From: Botryllus schlosseri
Taxonomy: Eukaryota
Length of the DNA: 64,000 nucleotides
Direction: 5' to 3'
NCBI GenBank assembly: GCA_051294905.1
Contig: CM119372.1
Location: 36,272,001-36,336,000, forward strand
Positions 62,780 to 64,000 of the stretch are shown here, piece after piece. The translations under genes were made by a program, and so were the position numbers. The notes beneath the pieces are model-generated. The model was not told where the DNA came from, did not search any database, and saw only the letters and a program-made list of their open reading frames with translations. Every line of letters starts with the position of its first letter. Position 1 is the first letter of the stretch.

Positions 62780-63088
62780 GACGTTTTCAACAGCTATAGA
62801 CTTTATCTATGAAGTGTATTGCTAAAGAATGTCAAAGAATTAGTGTATCGTAATCGTAATGAACTAAACTGCGATACCCTTTCTCACAGCTGCGCTTGCA
62901 GAAGCCTGTATATTTATTATCAAGTTTTGATACAGACGCATTCATGCATGAAATACAATCGTGTCCTAAACTCGCAACAGAATTGGTAGGCTGTTATAAA
63001 TCGACATCGTACGTTTTATAAATATTTTATCGGTTCCTAACACCACACGATCGTCATGCAATGAATCCTTAATAATCCGAGGAAAATT

Positions 63089-63750
63089 TTGCTAAAGTGT
63101 ATCAATCACGCACCTACTACCGCAAGTTTGAATGCCGTCACCCGTGATCAAATGCCCAAAGTGCATGAGTGGACGTCCCATAATAGCCTTCGGGTTAACG
63201 CTGCGAAATCCCAATTATTGGTCGTGAGCTCCTGCGATAACCTAACCGTTGACATCGCTGGCCAACCAATTTCCAACATTAAAATTGCCAAATACGTTGG
63301 TGTTTTACTGGATTCGGACATGTTCTGGAAGAGTCACATACAATCACTCAAACCACTACTATCGAAGGTATGTGGTTTATTTTGCCGCCTCTTAGCTACA
63401 CTCTGCCAGTCAGCGTGCTGTTGATACTCTTCAACACTCTATTCCTATCAAAGTTACAATACGGAATTCTTTGTTCGGGTGCTGCCTGCAAGAATACAAT
63501 TGATCCAATGCAAAAATTTCAACATCGGATCATCCGTATCATTGCCAAAGCCCCACGGGGGCCTAGATTTGCAACTAATAAATCGCTTCTCAGAAGATTT
63601 GGTGTTCTAAACTTAGAAGATATGAGGAAGCTATAAATTGCCAAGTCTATGTATCAGTTCCATTGCGGTCAATGTCCCTCAAATTTCAACGACTACTTTA
63701 TCTCGGAGACAAAAAGCGCAGAAGTAGGGGAGATGTGACGAATGATTTAC
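63089..63750 (+). pseudogene. Frameshifted C-terminal remnant of a CR1/L2-like LINE ORF2
   Basis: Two overlapping ORFs (LRVNAAKSQLL...AKYVGVLLDS...WKSHI; SKLQYGILC...QHRIIRII) are homologous to the C-terminal part of the 22191-24050 RT. Confidence 0.8.
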
Positions 63751-64000
63751 GTTTTAGGAGGTGTAAAGTAAATTTGGATCGACATTTGCATTTTTCTATA
63801 TCACCATTCAGACTAACAAACCCGCCATAATTTTTGATGTGAGGTATAGGACTTGTATCAAGGTATATAATGGCACATATTTTTTGAATCAATACCATCC
63901 TCCAGTGGACTATTTTCAAGTTAATAACAATATTTATGGGAAGGGGGACCTATGGTACCATAGCCAAATCAAGCAAATTAGATGGCAGAAACTCGCCTAC

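Noticed and set aside
61296..62781. Plus-strand ORFs overlapping OS9, and similar antisense or alternate-frame ORFs over EXOC4, the LINE and the 7TM genes
   Set aside because: Shadow ORFs of real coding sequences with no independent support.
1..64000. tRNA, rRNA or prokaryotic-type systems
   Set aside because: None recognised by eye; spliceosomal introns and eukaryotic transposons dominate. A tRNAscan-SE or Infernal run would be needed to exclude small RNA genes.

Overview
Eukaryotic, AT-rich, repeat-dense animal DNA; an ascidian/tunicate-like origin is an inference. Host genes: (i) a same-strand cluster of four intronless-CDS, 7-hydrophobic-segment orphan GPCR-like genes (3463, 6155, 30450, 35318) plus a truncated fifth copy (~28451) and an orphan C-terminal tail (4750); (ii) a complete 5-exon EXOC4/Sec8 gene (49249-57748, 917 aa by manual splicing); (iii) an intronless OS9-like ER lectin gene on the minus strand (61169-62779). 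The rest is mostly transposon-derived. The largest element is an 8.3-kb Polinton/Maverick-type insertion (12857-21188) with AGTAGT termini, ~1.4-kb TIRs, a perfect 6-bp TSD (AACATT) and no recognisable intact genes; it sits inside the TIR of a hAT MITE. Also present: a CR1/L2-like LINE with a 619-aa RT ORF, other LINE remnants, many hAT MITEs with readable 8-bp TSDs, a three-level nested DNA-transposon stack just upstream of EXOC4, and a 205-bp satellite with a strict A/B dimeric higher-order structure. All calls come from reading the sequence by eye; no searches or alignments were run.
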